A stretch of 47,536 bases of DNA from Eubacteriales bacterium (GCA_045543375.1 JAZQMI010000040.1:1-47536); one strand, 5' to 3'; shown: positions 17,625-27,544, counted from the first letter of the stretch. A program made the numbers and translations. Notes: generated from the letters alone by a model not told the origin.

Positions 17625-18608
17625 ATGAACGTTACCATACATTACGGCGACGGCGTGCTTTGTCTGCCCCACGCCGTGCTTGACCGTCTGGCCGACGCCG
17701 ACGGCGACACGCTCAAGGTGTTGCTCACGCTGGCCGCCAACACCGCCGCCACCGAGCAGGATATCGCGAGCACGCTGGATATCACGACCAAAAAGGTCGC
17801 CAAGGCGATCGCCTTCTGGCAAGGGGCAGGTGTGCTTGACACGGACGGCAAGCCTGCAAAACCAAGTGCCCCCAAAACAACCACACCGCCCAAAGCGGAA
17901 CAGGGTACCGTCAAGACGGTCGTTTCTACGCCCGTCCGCCAGCACTATACCACCGAGGAGCTGACTGCGTTGCTCGAGGAACGTCGTGAGCTGACGACGC
18001 TGATGGACGAGTGTGCCCGCGTGCTTGGCAAGGTGCTCAGCACTCACGAGGTCAGCGTGCTGCTCTCGCTCATCAACGACCTTAACATCGACGGCGAATA
18101 TCTGCTGCTCGTGCTGGCGTACTGCGCAGGCATCGGCAAAAAAAGTATGCGCTATATTGAAACGCTGACCACTTCGCTGTACGACGAGGGCATCGTCGAT
18201 CTTGCCGCTCTGCAAGAGTGCCTGAAACGCAAGGAACAAAGAGCAAGTGCCGAGGGACAAATCCGCACGCTGTTCGGCATGAGCAGCCGCGCGCTGACTG
18301 CTAAGGAGAAAAAGCTGATCGACACCTGGCTGTTTACTTATCAATACGGTATGGATATCATCACGCGTGCCTATGAAATGACCGTAGACGCCATCGGCAA
18401 GCCCTCCATTCCCTACGCCAACTCCATTCTGGAGCGTTGGGCCGCGGCAAATTTGCACACGCTTGCCGAAATTGAGGCCGCCGACGCAGAACGTGTCGCG
18501 CAGGGCAAGGCGACCTCGGCAGGCAACAGCTTTGATACCGACGACTTTTTCGGTGCCGCACTCCAGCGTAGCTTTGGCGAGGATTTTACACCGAATAAAG
18601 GAAAATAA
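17625..18608 (+). CDS. dnaD: DnaD/DnaB-domain primosomal protein
   Basis: N-terminal winged helix and two DnaB_2-like domains (YIET...LY.EGI; YANSILERW); upstream of DnaC-like ATPase. Confidence 0.8.
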   Translation: MNVTIHYGDGVLCLPHAVLDRLADADGDTLKVLLTLAANTAATEQDIASTLDITTKKVAKAIAFWQGAGVLDTDGKPAKPSAPKTTTPPKAEQGTVKTVVSTPVRQHYTTEELTALLEERRELTTLMDECARVLGKVLSTHEVSVLLSLINDLNIDGEYLLLVLAYCAGIGKKSMRYIETLTTSLYDEGIVDLAALQECLKRKEQRASAEGQIRTLFGMSSRALTAKEKKLIDTWLFTYQYGMDIITRAYEMTVDAIGKPSIPYANSILERWAAANLHTLAEIEAADAERVAQGKATSAGNSFDTDDFFGAALQRSFGEDFTPNKGK

Positions 18609-18632
18609 CAATCGTGCAAGAGGAGGTCCACC

Positions 18633-19646
18633 ATGGGCTTTGAACAAAACACCTACCGTCGTATCCGAGAGGAATACGAAACCAAATATCTGCGCGCACG
18701 CGAGGACGCCGACCGCCGCCGCCGCGAGGTCGAGCTGGCCGTGCCCGCGCTCGTCGCCATTCATCAGCGACTGTCTGCACTCGGCCCCGAGGTCATGCGC
18801 ATCACGCTTCAGGTGGGGGACGAGCAGCAGCGCGAGCGTGAGATGGCAGCCCTGCGCGAGCGTAACGAGGCCTTGCTGAGCGAAAAGGCGTCGCTTCTTG
18901 GCGCGGCAGGTTATCCCGCTGATTACGACGCGCTGCGATATGAGTGCGCCGACTGCTCGGACACGGGCTTTCTTGACAGCGGTGAGATGTGCCATTGCAT
19001 GCGCGATCAGCTCATCGCCGCCAGCTACCGTGCGTCGGGTCTTGGCTCGTTGCTCGGCACTCAGACCTTTGACAACTACTCGCTCGACTATTTCAAAGCC
19101 GACGAAAAAGCATACCGCACCATGACCACCGTCGTGCACACGTTGCGGCACTACGCCGAGTGCTTCTCGACCGACCGCGCCAATGCTCTGCCCTCGGGCG
19201 GTAATCTTTTGCTCGTCGGCGGCACGGGACTTGGCAAAACGCATCTGTCCACCGCGCTCGCCAAGGCGCTGCTCGACCGCGGCTTTGACGTGCTGTACAC
19301 GGGCGCGATCAGTCTGGTCGCCGCCTTTGAGAACGCCCGCTTCGGCTCGAGCGTCGGCATGGCCGACGTGAGCGACATCGACCGCTACTACGCCTGCGAC
19401 CTGCTCATCATCGACGATCTTGGCACCGAGGTGTCCAACCAGTTCACCGTATCGGCGCTGTATAACGTTATTAACACGCGCCTCAATCTGGGACGTCCCA
19501 CCATCATCAGCACCAACCTGATGCAGGACGAGCTGCGCCGCCGTTATTGGGACCGCATCACCAGCCGCTTGTTCGGCGAATACCATATCCTTCTGTTTCT
19601 CGGCACCGACGTGCGCGCGCAAAAGATCAAGCGCTCCGCAAAGTAA
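18633..19646 (+). CDS. dnaC: DnaC/DnaI-like helicase loader ATPase
   Basis: Zn motif CADC.DTG...C.C, Walker A GGTGLGKT, Walker B LLIIDDLG, TIISTNL, RITSRL. Confidence 0.88.
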   Translation: MGFEQNTYRRIREEYETKYLRAREDADRRRREVELAVPALVAIHQRLSALGPEVMRITLQVGDEQQREREMAALRERNEALLSEKASLLGAAGYPADYDALRYECADCSDTGFLDSGEMCHCMRDQLIAASYRASGLGSLLGTQTFDNYSLDYFKADEKAYRTMTTVVHTLRHYAECFSTDRANALPSGGNLLLVGGTGLGKTHLSTALAKALLDRGFDVLYTGAISLVAAFENARFGSSVGMADVSDIDRYYACDLLIIDDLGTEVSNQFTVSALYNVINTRLNLGRPTIISTNLMQDELRRRYWDRITSRLFGEYHILLFLGTDVRAQKIKRSAK

Positions 19647-19647
19647 A

Positions 19648-19677
19648 TCATAATTCAACGGGTACTGCCCCATACTA
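19648..19677 (+). promoter_or_regulatory. Sporulation (sigma-G/E-type) promoter
   Basis: TCATA-N18-CATACTA upstream of the 19737 gene. Confidence 0.5.
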
Positions 19678-19704
19678 AACGTAACGGGCAGTGCCCGTTT
19701 TGTT
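19657..19704 (+). terminator. Hairpin/terminator after dnaC
   Basis: AACGGGTACTGCCC / GGGCAGTGCCCGTT followed by TTGTTT. Confidence 0.6.
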
Positions 19705-19736
19705 TGGCGGCATAGCCGCCGCAGAAAGGATAAGGT

Positions 19737-20195
19737 ATGGCAACGTCAAAGCTGAAAAGCGCAACGGTCGAGCTGCTCGACCGCCTTTATAAAAACGTCA
19801 GCATGGGCTCGGACTCCATCGTGGCTCTTTTACCCAAGATCGACGCCGAACAAAGCAAATTCAAAAGTGATCTGACGCTACAGCTCAACGGTTACGAGGA
19901 CTTTTGCAGCCGCATCAACGCACAACGGCACGAGGCGGGCGAGGAGTCGCTGGAGGACACGCTCATGAACAAAATGACCGCCAAGATCGGCACGACCATG
20001 GGCACGCTGATGGACTGCTCGGTCAGCCACGTCGCCTCTATGGTGATCGAAGGCTCTACCATGGGCATGAACGACGGCATCAAGCTCGTGCGCGAGTTTG
20101 AAAACACCACCGCCTCCGAGGCGTCGCTCGCGCTGGCGCGGGATATCGTCAAATTCGAAGAGGACAACATTGAGCGCATGAAGGCGTATCTATAA
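19737..20195 (+). CDS. Ferritin-like conserved clostridial protein, probably sporulation-associated
   Basis: Four-helix pattern (YKN..MG..SI, A.M.IEGS.MG, FEE.NIE.MK.YL); sporulation-type promoter; next to spoVT. Confidence 0.65.
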   Translation: MATSKLKSATVELLDRLYKNVSMGSDSIVALLPKIDAEQSKFKSDLTLQLNGYEDFCSRINAQRHEAGEESLEDTLMNKMTAKIGTTMGTLMDCSVSHVASMVIEGSTMGMNDGIKLVREFENTTASEASLALARDIVKFEEDNIERMKAYL

Positions 20196-20201
20196 AAAAC
20201 C

Positions 20202-20229
20202 GAGGGGAACTTTTCATCAAGTTCCCCTC
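20202..20229. terminator. Terminator between convergent genes
   Basis: GAGGGGAACTT / AAGTTCCCCTC with A tract on left. Confidence 0.75.
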
Positions 20230-20236
20230 TTGATCT

Positions 20237-20800
20237 TCAGCTTTCAAGTTGTCTGCCGAGAAATCCCGCAGCGGTCTGAATGAGCTTGCTCTCGACGTCG
20301 CCCGTCGGTACGGTGGTGCGGTGCTCGTCACCCATGTGAACGGACGCCACGCAGCCGATGATGTCGCCCTCGCTGATGATGGGCATGGCACAACTGATAT
20401 AGTGCTCTGCGTCGGCGTGGTGCCCCGCCAGTACGGGCAGCTTGTCCTCGCCCTCATGCCAGACGTACAGACTGCGGCCGTTGATGATGGCCTCCAGCTC
20501 GTCCGAGAGCGGCTTGTCGGCATATTCCTTGCGGGGCAGACCCGAGCTGGCGATGACCGCGTCGCGGTCACAAATGACCACTGACAGCGAGCACGTCTTG
20601 TGCAGCGTTTCGGCGTACTGCGCGGCAAATCCCGCCAACTCGCCAATGGGCGAATATTTTTTGAAAATGACCTCGCCCTCGCGGTCAGTGTAGATCTCCA
20701 AGGGGTCGCCCTCGCGAATTCTCATGGTTCTTCTGATCTCCTTCGGAATGACGACACGACCAAGGTCGTCGATCCTTCTTACAATTCCCGTTGCTTTCAT
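20237..20800 (-). CDS. spoVT: Stage V sporulation protein T
   Basis: MKATGIVRRIDDLGRVVIPKEIRRTMRIREGDPLEI AbrB domain plus GAF domain ending AAGFLGRQLES. Confidence 0.97.
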   Translation of the reverse strand: MKATGIVRRIDDLGRVVIPKEIRRTMRIREGDPLEIYTDREGEVIFKKYSPIGELAGFAAQYAETLHKTCSLSVVICDRDAVIASSGLPRKEYADKPLSDELEAIINGRSLYVWHEGEDKLPVLAGHHADAEHYISCAMPIISEGDIIGCVASVHMGDEHRTTVPTGDVESKLIQTAAGFLGRQLES

Positions 20801-20869
20801 CTATATAAAACCAAAATCCTTTCTCCATTCATCTCTGATGCGATCACCGAACTTGTTCGGCGGCGAAAA

Positions 20870-20898
20870 TAGTGTTTGCAGTCCGGCGCGATTTATAC
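20870..20898 (-). promoter_or_regulatory. Forespore (sigma-G/F-type) promoter of spoVT
   Basis: Minus strand GTATA-N14-GCAAACACTA. Confidence 0.5.
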
Positions 20899-20971
20899 GG
20901 AAATAAAGGCAAATTTTATATAAAGCAATGCCGCCCTGCCCAACTGACAGAGCGGCATATAGAATTGCTTG

Positions 20972-21946
20972 TTATCTTTGTCCCTTATCGTAAGGAATAC
21001 CTTCTGCTTTGGGTGCTCTTGACTTGTTCGAAGCAAATGCAAGAACCAAAAGCACGACGACGTAAGGAACGATGTTGTAGAAATAGATGGGAAGTCCAAG
21101 CTCCTTAAGGGCGCAGATGCCGTCGCCGTTGATATCAAGCGACGCATAGGTTGCGCCAATGCATTTGAGCAGTCCGAACAGAAGCGAGCCGAACGCGATG
21201 CCGAGGGGCTTCCAGTTGCCGAAGATCATAATGGCAAGCGCCAGAAATCCCATGCCCGCAACCGTTCCCTCGGCTGTACCGCTGGCGATGGTGGCAATAT
21301 AGATATAGCCGCCAAGACCTGCGAGGGCACCCGAGATGGTCGTGCCAAGGTATCTCATTTTGTACACGTTGATACCTACGCTGTCCGCTGCCTGCGGGTG
21401 CTCGCCGCACGCGCGAAGGCGCAGACCGTATTTGGTCTTATAGAGCAGAATGGACAGAACGATAAAGAGTGCTATGACGATATAGGTCGAAATGAACATC
21501 TTATCAAAGAAGGGCTTGAGCACGGGGTGAATATCGGGGTTGGAAATGATAAATCCGAGCGCCTTGGGCATGGAAAGTCGGTCCTGCATCGAAACGATCT
21601 TGACGATCAGCAGCGTAGCGGCGGGAGCAAGCATGTTGAGCGCCGTACCGCCGATGGTCTGGTCCGCCTTCAAATTGATAGCCGAGAAGGACAGCAGCAG
21701 CGAGAACAGCGCACCGGCCGCGGCCGCGACGAGCATGGCCACAAGATACATCAACTGTGTGTTGCCGCCGAGCATATCGCCCTTCTGCATCAGATAAACT
21801 GCAAGTGCGCCCATGAACGAGCCGAAGATCATGATACCGTCAAGCGCGATGTTGATGATACCGCTTCGCTCGGCAAAAACGCCCGCAAGCGCGACGATCA
21901 TCAACGGAATGGTGTAAACCAGCGTTTGTTGAATGAGAAAGGTCAT
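20972..21946 (-). CDS. Nucleoside/sugar ABC transporter permease (NupC/YufQ-like)
   Basis: ERSGIINIALDG, GLRLRACGEHP.AADSVGINV, GFLALA.MIFGNW.P. Confidence 0.92.
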   Translation of the reverse strand: MTFLIQQTLVYTIPLMIVALAGVFAERSGIINIALDGIMIFGSFMGALAVYLMQKGDMLGGNTQLMYLVAMLVAAAAGALFSLLLSFSAINLKADQTIGGTALNMLAPAATLLIVKIVSMQDRLSMPKALGFIISNPDIHPVLKPFFDKMFISTYIVIALFIVLSILLYKTKYGLRLRACGEHPQAADSVGINVYKMRYLGTTISGALAGLGGYIYIATIASGTAEGTVAGMGFLALAIMIFGNWKPLGIAFGSLLFGLLKCIGATYASLDINGDGICALKELGLPIYFYNIVPYVVVLLVLAFASNKSRAPKAEGIPYDKGQR

Positions 21947-23148
21947 TTGTCGTCTTCCTCCTTTGCTTGTGCTGCATCATCTGTCGTCGTGACATTTACA
22001 GTCGCCTTGGCCACCCGACGCGCAGAAAGGATATCTTTGATCAGCTTGGAGAAGCCGGCAAAGTAAATGATGACCGCAATAATCAGATCGGACACGTACT
22101 CGTTGTACGCCGTAAAGCCCGCCAGATTATATCCTCCCTTGTCAATAAAGCGCAGGAATACCGAGCTGAAAACAACGCCCAGAGGATTGTTGCTTGCCAG
22201 CAGCGCGACGGGAATGCCGTTGAAGCCGTTGTCGGGCAGCTTACCGTAGGTGTTCCAAGCGAGCTCTGCGCCACCGTTGAGATAGTAGAGCGAGGCACCG
22301 ATGGCAGCCAGACCGCCCGCGATCATCATGGACAGCATAATATTGCGTTTTTCATTCATGCCTGCGTACTTGGCCGCGTTTTTGTTATGACCGCACGCCT
22401 TGAGCTCGTAGCCAAGCGTGGTCTTATTCATGAGAATATACATACCGACCGCGATCAGAATGGCGATGAAGATGCCGACGTCGATATTCGAGCCGGGGAA
22501 TAGGCGATCCAGCCCCAATTTGGGCGTCGATACGCCGTTTGCCGTGGTGGGCAAGGTGTAGGCAGTCTTACCGCCGGCGGTGTTGATAAACTGCTTATGG
22601 TTCGCAAATACCCAACTGACGATGTTGGCAGCGATCCAGTTGGTCATGATGCAAACGATGACCTCATTGACGTTGAGAAACGCCTTGAAAAAGCCGGGGA
22701 TCAGACCCCAGAGCATGCCGCAGATCATGCCGACGACAAGCGAGAGCAGCCACACCCAGAATGCCGTTGCCGGTGTGGTGGGCACTGACAGTGCCACAAT
22801 GACCGCACCCATTGCGCCCATAAGGTACTGACCGGGCGCACCGATGTTGAAAAGGCCCGTTTTGAAGGCGATGGCAACCGACAGACCCGTCAGAAGCAGT
22901 GGTGCCGATTCAAACAGCATGTCGCCAAGCACGAATGCGATATTTCTCGCGCCACCGCTGGCAAAGGGACCTGCCAGAATGATACCAAGGCCTCGGAAGG
23001 CATCCGAGATCGGGATCTTATCCGAGGTAAGCGCCAAAATGAGCAGTACGATCCATCCGACCAAAATGCCCGCAACGATACAGAGCAAGGACGAAGTGAT
23101 CGATTTTGCGCCATCGGACGCAAGCAGTGAGCTGCACCGTTTTTTCAT
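21943..23148 (-). CDS. Nucleoside/sugar ABC transporter permease (NupB/YufP-like)
   Basis: GLFNIGAPGQ, VNEVI..IM.NWIA, GYELKACG.N..AA.YAG, GFNGI.VALL...NP.G. Confidence 0.92.
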   Translation of the reverse strand: MKKRCSSLLASDGAKSITSSLLCIVAGILVGWIVLLILALTSDKIPISDAFRGLGIILAGPFASGGARNIAFVLGDMLFESAPLLLTGLSVAIAFKTGLFNIGAPGQYLMGAMGAVIVALSVPTTPATAFWVWLLSLVVGMICGMLWGLIPGFFKAFLNVNEVIVCIMTNWIAANIVSWVFANHKQFINTAGGKTAYTLPTTANGVSTPKLGLDRLFPGSNIDVGIFIAILIAVGMYILMNKTTLGYELKACGHNKNAAKYAGMNEKRNIMLSMMIAGGLAAIGASLYYLNGGAELAWNTYGKLPDNGFNGIPVALLASNNPLGVVFSSVFLRFIDKGGYNLAGFTAYNEYVSDLIIAVIIYFAGFSKLIKDILSARRVAKATVNVTTTDDAAQAKEEDDK

Positions 23149-24722
23149 TTGGTTGCCTCCTCTCTTGACTGGCGCTTGGCGCCCGCCATATAAAGTCCAA
23201 GCTCTTGGACCGTCGTCGTCTTGGGGTCGAGCTCGCCCACGATCTCACCCTCGTACATAACGAGAATGCGATCCGACAAGCTCATGACCTCCTCAAGCTC
23301 AAGCGAAACGAGCAGTACGGCGGTTCCGCTATCTCTTGATGCGACGATCTGCTTGTGGATATATTCGATGGCACCAACGTCAAGTCCACGCGTCGGTTGA
23401 ACGGCCACGAGCAGCTTGTGCTCGCGATCCATTTCTCGCGCGACGATGGCTTTTTGCTGATTTCCGCCCGACATGGAGCGAGCCGTTGTCACAGCCCCCT
23501 GCCCCGAACGGACGTCAAAGCGCTCGATCAGCCCATCGGCGTACGTGCGGACAGCGTCAAAACGGATAAATCCACCCGACTGGAACGTCGGTTCAAAATA
23601 CCGTTGCAGCACCATGTTCTCCTCCAGAGAATAGTCCAGCACCAGCCCGTGCTTGTGTCTGTCCTCGGGGATATGGCTCATACCGTGCGTGTTTCTGTAA
23701 CGAATGCTCTTGTTGGTGATATCCTCGCCGTCAAGACGGATATGTCCACTCTCAACCTTGGAAAGACCCGTGAGCGCGTGTACGAATTCGGTCTGCCCGT
23801 TGCCGTCGATGCCCGCAATACATACGATCTCGCCCGCACGCACGTCAAAAGTCACGCCGTGAACGGCGTCCTTTTTACCCTTGCCGCCTTTGACGCGCAT
23901 GCCTTCGACCGAAAGAACGGTATCCGCAGGCTTCGCCTCCTGCTTGTCCACGACAAACTTAACGTCGCGTCCGACCATCATGTTGGACAGCTCTTCCTTG
24001 GTCGTGTCGGCAATATTGACAGTGCCAATATACTTGCCCTTACGCAAGACCGTGCACCGATCGGCAACCGCCATAATCTCATTGAGCTTGTGCGTGATGA
24101 AAAGAATGGACTTTCCCTCGTTCGCCAAGCCCTTCATGACGCTCATCAGCTCGTCAATCTCCTGCGGTGTCAGCACGGCCGTCGGCTCGTCGAAAATGAG
24201 AATTTCGTTATCGCGGTACAGCATTTTGAGAATTTCCGTTCTCTGCTGCATACCGACCGTGATGTTCTCAACCAATGCATCTGGGTCGATGTTCAGCCCA
24301 TATGTCTTGGACAGTCGCATGACCTTCTCCCTTGCCTGCTTTTTGCGCAGAAATCCCGCCGTGTTGGGCTCGACACCGAGAATAATGTTGTCAAGCACGG
24401 TGAACACGTCGACCAGCTTGAAATGCTGGTGTACCATGCCGATACCCAGTGCGTTGGCGTCGTTGGGATCCTTGATGGTAACGACCTCGCCGTTTTTGCG
24501 GATCTCACCCTTCTCGGGCTGATACAGACCGAACAGCACGCTCATCAGCGTCGACTTGCCTGCGCCGTTCTCGCCGAGCAACGCGTGAATTTCACCGCGC
24601 CGCAGCTGAAGCGTAATATCATCGTTGGCAATGATGCCGGGGAATTCCTTGGTGATGTGGCACATCTCGATCACGTAAGGATATTCCGTCGCAACAGCTT
24701 CCTTTCTTTGCTTCTCACTCAT
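23145..24722 (-). CDS. Nucleoside/sugar ABC transporter double-domain ATPase (NupA/YufO-like)
   Basis: GENGAGKST, DEPTAVLTPQE, SGGNQQK, QPTRGLDVGA. Confidence 0.95.
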   Translation of the reverse strand: MSEKQRKEAVATEYPYVIEMCHITKEFPGIIANDDITLQLRRGEIHALLGENGAGKSTLMSVLFGLYQPEKGEIRKNGEVVTIKDPNDANALGIGMVHQHFKLVDVFTVLDNIILGVEPNTAGFLRKKQAREKVMRLSKTYGLNIDPDALVENITVGMQQRTEILKMLYRDNEILIFDEPTAVLTPQEIDELMSVMKGLANEGKSILFITHKLNEIMAVADRCTVLRKGKYIGTVNIADTTKEELSNMMVGRDVKFVVDKQEAKPADTVLSVEGMRVKGGKGKKDAVHGVTFDVRAGEIVCIAGIDGNGQTEFVHALTGLSKVESGHIRLDGEDITNKSIRYRNTHGMSHIPEDRHKHGLVLDYSLEENMVLQRYFEPTFQSGGFIRFDAVRTYADGLIERFDVRSGQGAVTTARSMSGGNQQKAIVAREMDREHKLLVAVQPTRGLDVGAIEYIHKQIVASRDSGTAVLLVSLELEEVMSLSDRILVMYEGEIVGELDPKTTTVQELGLYMAGAKRQSREEATK

Positions 24723-24837
24723 AACAAGTGCTCCTTTGCTCTATATAATGCGAATGTTCTTCCTTTTTCTTGTCTGCAAGGCGTGCAGATAACAAAAAGA
24801 AAGGACATCCTCCGCCCTTCCTCTTTCACTCATTACT

Positions 24838-24873
24838 GCTCGCGGAGCCATCCCGAAGGATTGCTCCGCGAGC
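24838..24873. other. GC-rich intercistronic stem-loop between binding-protein and ATPase genes
   Basis: GCTCGCGGAGC / GCTCCGCGAGC with inner ATCC-cgaa-GGAT; no T tract. Confidence 0.65.
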
Positions 24874-24913
24874 GATATGATTTAAGACTTATCTTGTTGA
24901 CGATGGAATAAGA

Positions 24914-26020
24914 TTATTCGAAGTCAACAACAACGATCTCGAAGTTCAGCCAATTAGCGTTGTTAGCGTCGTCGGGCGTGGTTGCATCGGGAACGATCTC
25001 ACCGCTCTTGATCTTACCAAGCAGCTCGTTGTAAGCGTCAACGGTGAAGGTGGTGAATCTGGAGGTTGCGATGGGCAGACCGGTTGCATCATCAGATGCG
25101 CCCAGATTCTGGGTCTTACCTGCCAGCTCGGTGTCCCACTTACCTGCGTAGAACTGCTCAAGAACGATGGCAACGGACTCCTTCAGACCCTTGACTGCAC
25201 TCGTGATAACGAGATCGGAAGCATAGGACTGGTCGACGTCAACACCGATGATCTTGGAGCCGGGGTTAGCCTCAGCCGCCGACTTAACGCTCTCGAACAT
25301 CGAGCCGCCGCATGCGAATACCACCTCGGTACCGCCGCTGTACCAGCCGTTGATCTGAGCCTGAAGCTCTGCGGATGCGCTGAAGCTTGCGCCGTGCTGA
25401 TAGCTGTACTTCACGGTAACTGCGCCTGCCTCAAGGCCAAGAGCCTTTGCTGCTGCCTCAGCACCCTGAACAAAGCCGTAACCGAAACGGTTGCACGCGG
25501 GGTTAGAACCGCCGCCGCCACCCGTGTAGCCGAGCTTTCTGTAACCATCCATAACAGCAGCGTAGCCGGCAAGGTAACCGGACTCCTGCTCCTTGTAGAT
25601 AACTGCCGTGACGTTGGGAAGTGCATTACCATCAGCGTCAGTCAGCGTCCAGCCGTCGATGAACACGAATTTGACCTCGGGGTTCTCGATAGCCACGGTG
25701 GTCATAGCGGTTGCCTGAAGGAAACCGGGAGCAACGATGACCTTAGCACCGTTGGTGATGGCCTGGCGCATAGCAGCGATACGGTCATTGTCGGTCGCAT
25801 CGGAGCCGTTGGCAGGCTGGTAGTACTTGTAGGTCTTGTCGTTGGCCTTGGCGAACGCCTCAGCACCCTCCCAGGTGCCCTGGTTGAAGCCCTTGTCCAT
25901 GAGCTGTCCAACATCGGTAACGACGGCGATCTCGTAGGTATCCTTGCCACCGCAAGATACGAGAGCAACCATGGAAAGCAGCATGACGATACACAGAATT
26001 ACGCTTAACGTCTTTTTCAT
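24914..26020 (-). CDS. BMP-family ABC substrate-binding lipoprotein (purine nucleoside type)
   Basis: Lipobox LVSC, TDVG...DKGFNQ..WEG, GYLAGYAA, IIGVDVDQ, TSAVK; ATG 26020 after AGGAG. Confidence 0.92.
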   Translation of the reverse strand: MKKTLSVILCIVMLLSMVALVSCGGKDTYEIAVVTDVGQLMDKGFNQGTWEGAEAFAKANDKTYKYYQPANGSDATDNDRIAAMRQAITNGAKVIVAPGFLQATAMTTVAIENPEVKFVFIDGWTLTDADGNALPNVTAVIYKEQESGYLAGYAAVMDGYRKLGYTGGGGGSNPACNRFGYGFVQGAEAAAKALGLEAGAVTVKYSYQHGASFSASAELQAQINGWYSGGTEVVFACGGSMFESVKSAAEANPGSKIIGVDVDQSYASDLVITSAVKGLKESVAIVLEQFYAGKWDTELAGKTQNLGASDDATGLPIATSRFTTFTVDAYNELLGKIKSGEIVPDATTPDDANNANWLNFEIVVVDFE

Positions 26021-26080
26021 TTGTTCTCTCCTGTTTTTTCGGGGGATCCCTTTTTTTGCATACAAGTATATGCTAATTTA

Positions 26081-26109
26081 ATTATAACCAAGTCATGGCA
26101 ATCTGTCAA
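26081..26109 (-). promoter_or_regulatory. Consensus sigma-A promoter of ABC operon
   Basis: Minus strand TTGACA-N17-TATAAT. Confidence 0.85.
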
Positions 26110-26186
26110 CACTCTGATTGAAAAAAAACGCATTTTTGTCAATCTTGAACAAATTTCGTGCAAAATGCCGAACTGCCGGTCAAAGC

Positions 26187-26222
26187 AAAACAGCCGACGC
26201 GGGTTTCCCCGTGCCGGCTGTT
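26187..26222 (-). terminator. Intrinsic terminator after MFS gene
   Basis: AACAGCCG...CGGCTGTT stem with A tract on left. Confidence 0.65.
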
Positions 26223-26225
26223 CGT

Positions 26226-27419
26226 TCAGGCATTCTTTTGCTTCTTTTTGACGAAAATAAAGGTAGACGCAATACCGATCACGCCCATCGAAGCCCACAG
26301 CACGTAGACCGTATTCCAGCCAACGTTGCCCATGACCTCAGCAAACAACAGATTGGCAAGTGCGGCGGCAATATAACCGATGCAGTCGATGACGCCGTTG
26401 GCACTCGATACCTTGCCGGTCTTGCCAAGGCCGGGAATGTAGATGCTCCACAACAGTGCCGAGGTGCAGGACATTGCCATGAGCGCGAGCGCCAGAAAGG
26501 CGATGCTGAACCATCGATTTGGCGCAATAATGAGCAACGAGAACATGACGGACGAGAGCAAAAATGTCACTCTCATCATAGGAATATCCTTTTCGTGAAT
26601 GGCGTGAAAGACGGCAAGCGCCACGAAGGGCATAAACGAGCGCGCCGTGGAGATGCCCGTGTAAATGAACTTGGCACTGTCCTCGGAAAAACCAAGCTCT
26701 GCTGTCAGATAGGTGGTGATCCATTGGCTGATGGACGCCGCTGCGATCTCAACGAGGCAAGCAACGACGATATAAAAGACGATGTTTTCAATCTTGAATA
26801 CCGAGAAAACAGAGGAAATGCCTCTGACCTCGTTTTTGATGTAGCTGATGACGCCTTTTTTCTCCATGGCGGTGAAAGCCACGTACGCAGCAAAGGCAAA
26901 TGCGATAGCGACGCCGCCGGCAGCATAGAAGGCATTCCTCCAGCCGTTCATCATGGCAAACAAGCTTGCGATCAAGGGGCCTGCAAACGAAGCGAATGAG
27001 AAAAATACACAAATCAGGCGCGCGTGATTGGGTTTGGTGTTCTCAGAAATGATTTTCATCAAAGGACCGCGCAACATGGAAAGCCCAAAGCCCAAAACGG
27101 CAAAGCAGCCAATCTGCAAGCTCTCATTTCGGATCAAGGGAAAGGCCAGCATAGAGCAGCCCGACACGAATAATCCGATGCTCGCCATTTTCTTGGGTGA
27201 GAAGATATCGCCCAAAAAGCCGTTGAGCACCTGACCTGCCGCATAGAGTAACATATAGGTGGACGACAGCAACGCAATATGATCGCGTGAGAACCCGCTG
27301 CCAAGCAGCGTAGGCGTCAAAACGCCCAGAACGTGCCGCAGATAATAGTTGGCCACGTAGACGAGTATCGCACTCACACCAACGACCGCGGCCTTTTTTC
27401 CTTCTTTCAACAATAACAC
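26226..27419 (-). CDS. MFS transporter (GlpT/UhpT-like)
   Basis: ~12 hydrophobic segments; NYYLR, YAAGQ.LNG.LGD, ANG.ID..GY motifs. Confidence 0.85.
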   Translation of the reverse strand: MLLLKEGKKAAVVGVSAILVYVANYYLRHVLGVLTPTLLGSGFSRDHIALLSSTYMLLYAAGQVLNGFLGDIFSPKKMASIGLFVSGCSMLAFPLIRNESLQIGCFAVLGFGLSMLRGPLMKIISENTKPNHARLICVFFSFASFAGPLIASLFAMMNGWRNAFYAAGGVAIAFAFAAYVAFTAMEKKGVISYIKNEVRGISSVFSVFKIENIVFYIVVACLVEIAAASISQWITTYLTAELGFSEDSAKFIYTGISTARSFMPFVALAVFHAIHEKDIPMMRVTFLLSSVMFSLLIIAPNRWFSIAFLALALMAMSCTSALLWSIYIPGLGKTGKVSSANGVIDCIGYIAAALANLLFAEVMGNVGWNTVYVLWASMGVIGIASTFIFVKKKQKNA

Positions 27420-27514
27420 CTCTTTGCCCGAAATATCTCGATAATTATATCAAAAAATCAGCAAAAGAACAAGTCCTTTGCCGATTTTTTACGCGTATTC
27501 TATCATTCGTAGAC

Positions 27515-27544
27515 AAACAGCCGTGCTCGGAATGAGCACGGCTG
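27515..27544 (-). terminator. Probable terminator
   Basis: CAGCCGTGCTC / GAGCACGGCTG stem, short A tract on left. Confidence 0.6.

Noticed and set aside
18633-19646. IS21 IstB helper or prophage replication module
   Set aside because: No IstA, terminal repeats or phage genes; dnaD-dnaC sits in chromosomal context
17058-19673. 871-aa minus-strand ORF
   Set aside because: Antisense to rex, dnaD and dnaC
26021-26080. Purine riboswitch before the BMP lipoprotein
   Set aside because: 5' UTR is only about 55 nt and lacks the aptamer consensus
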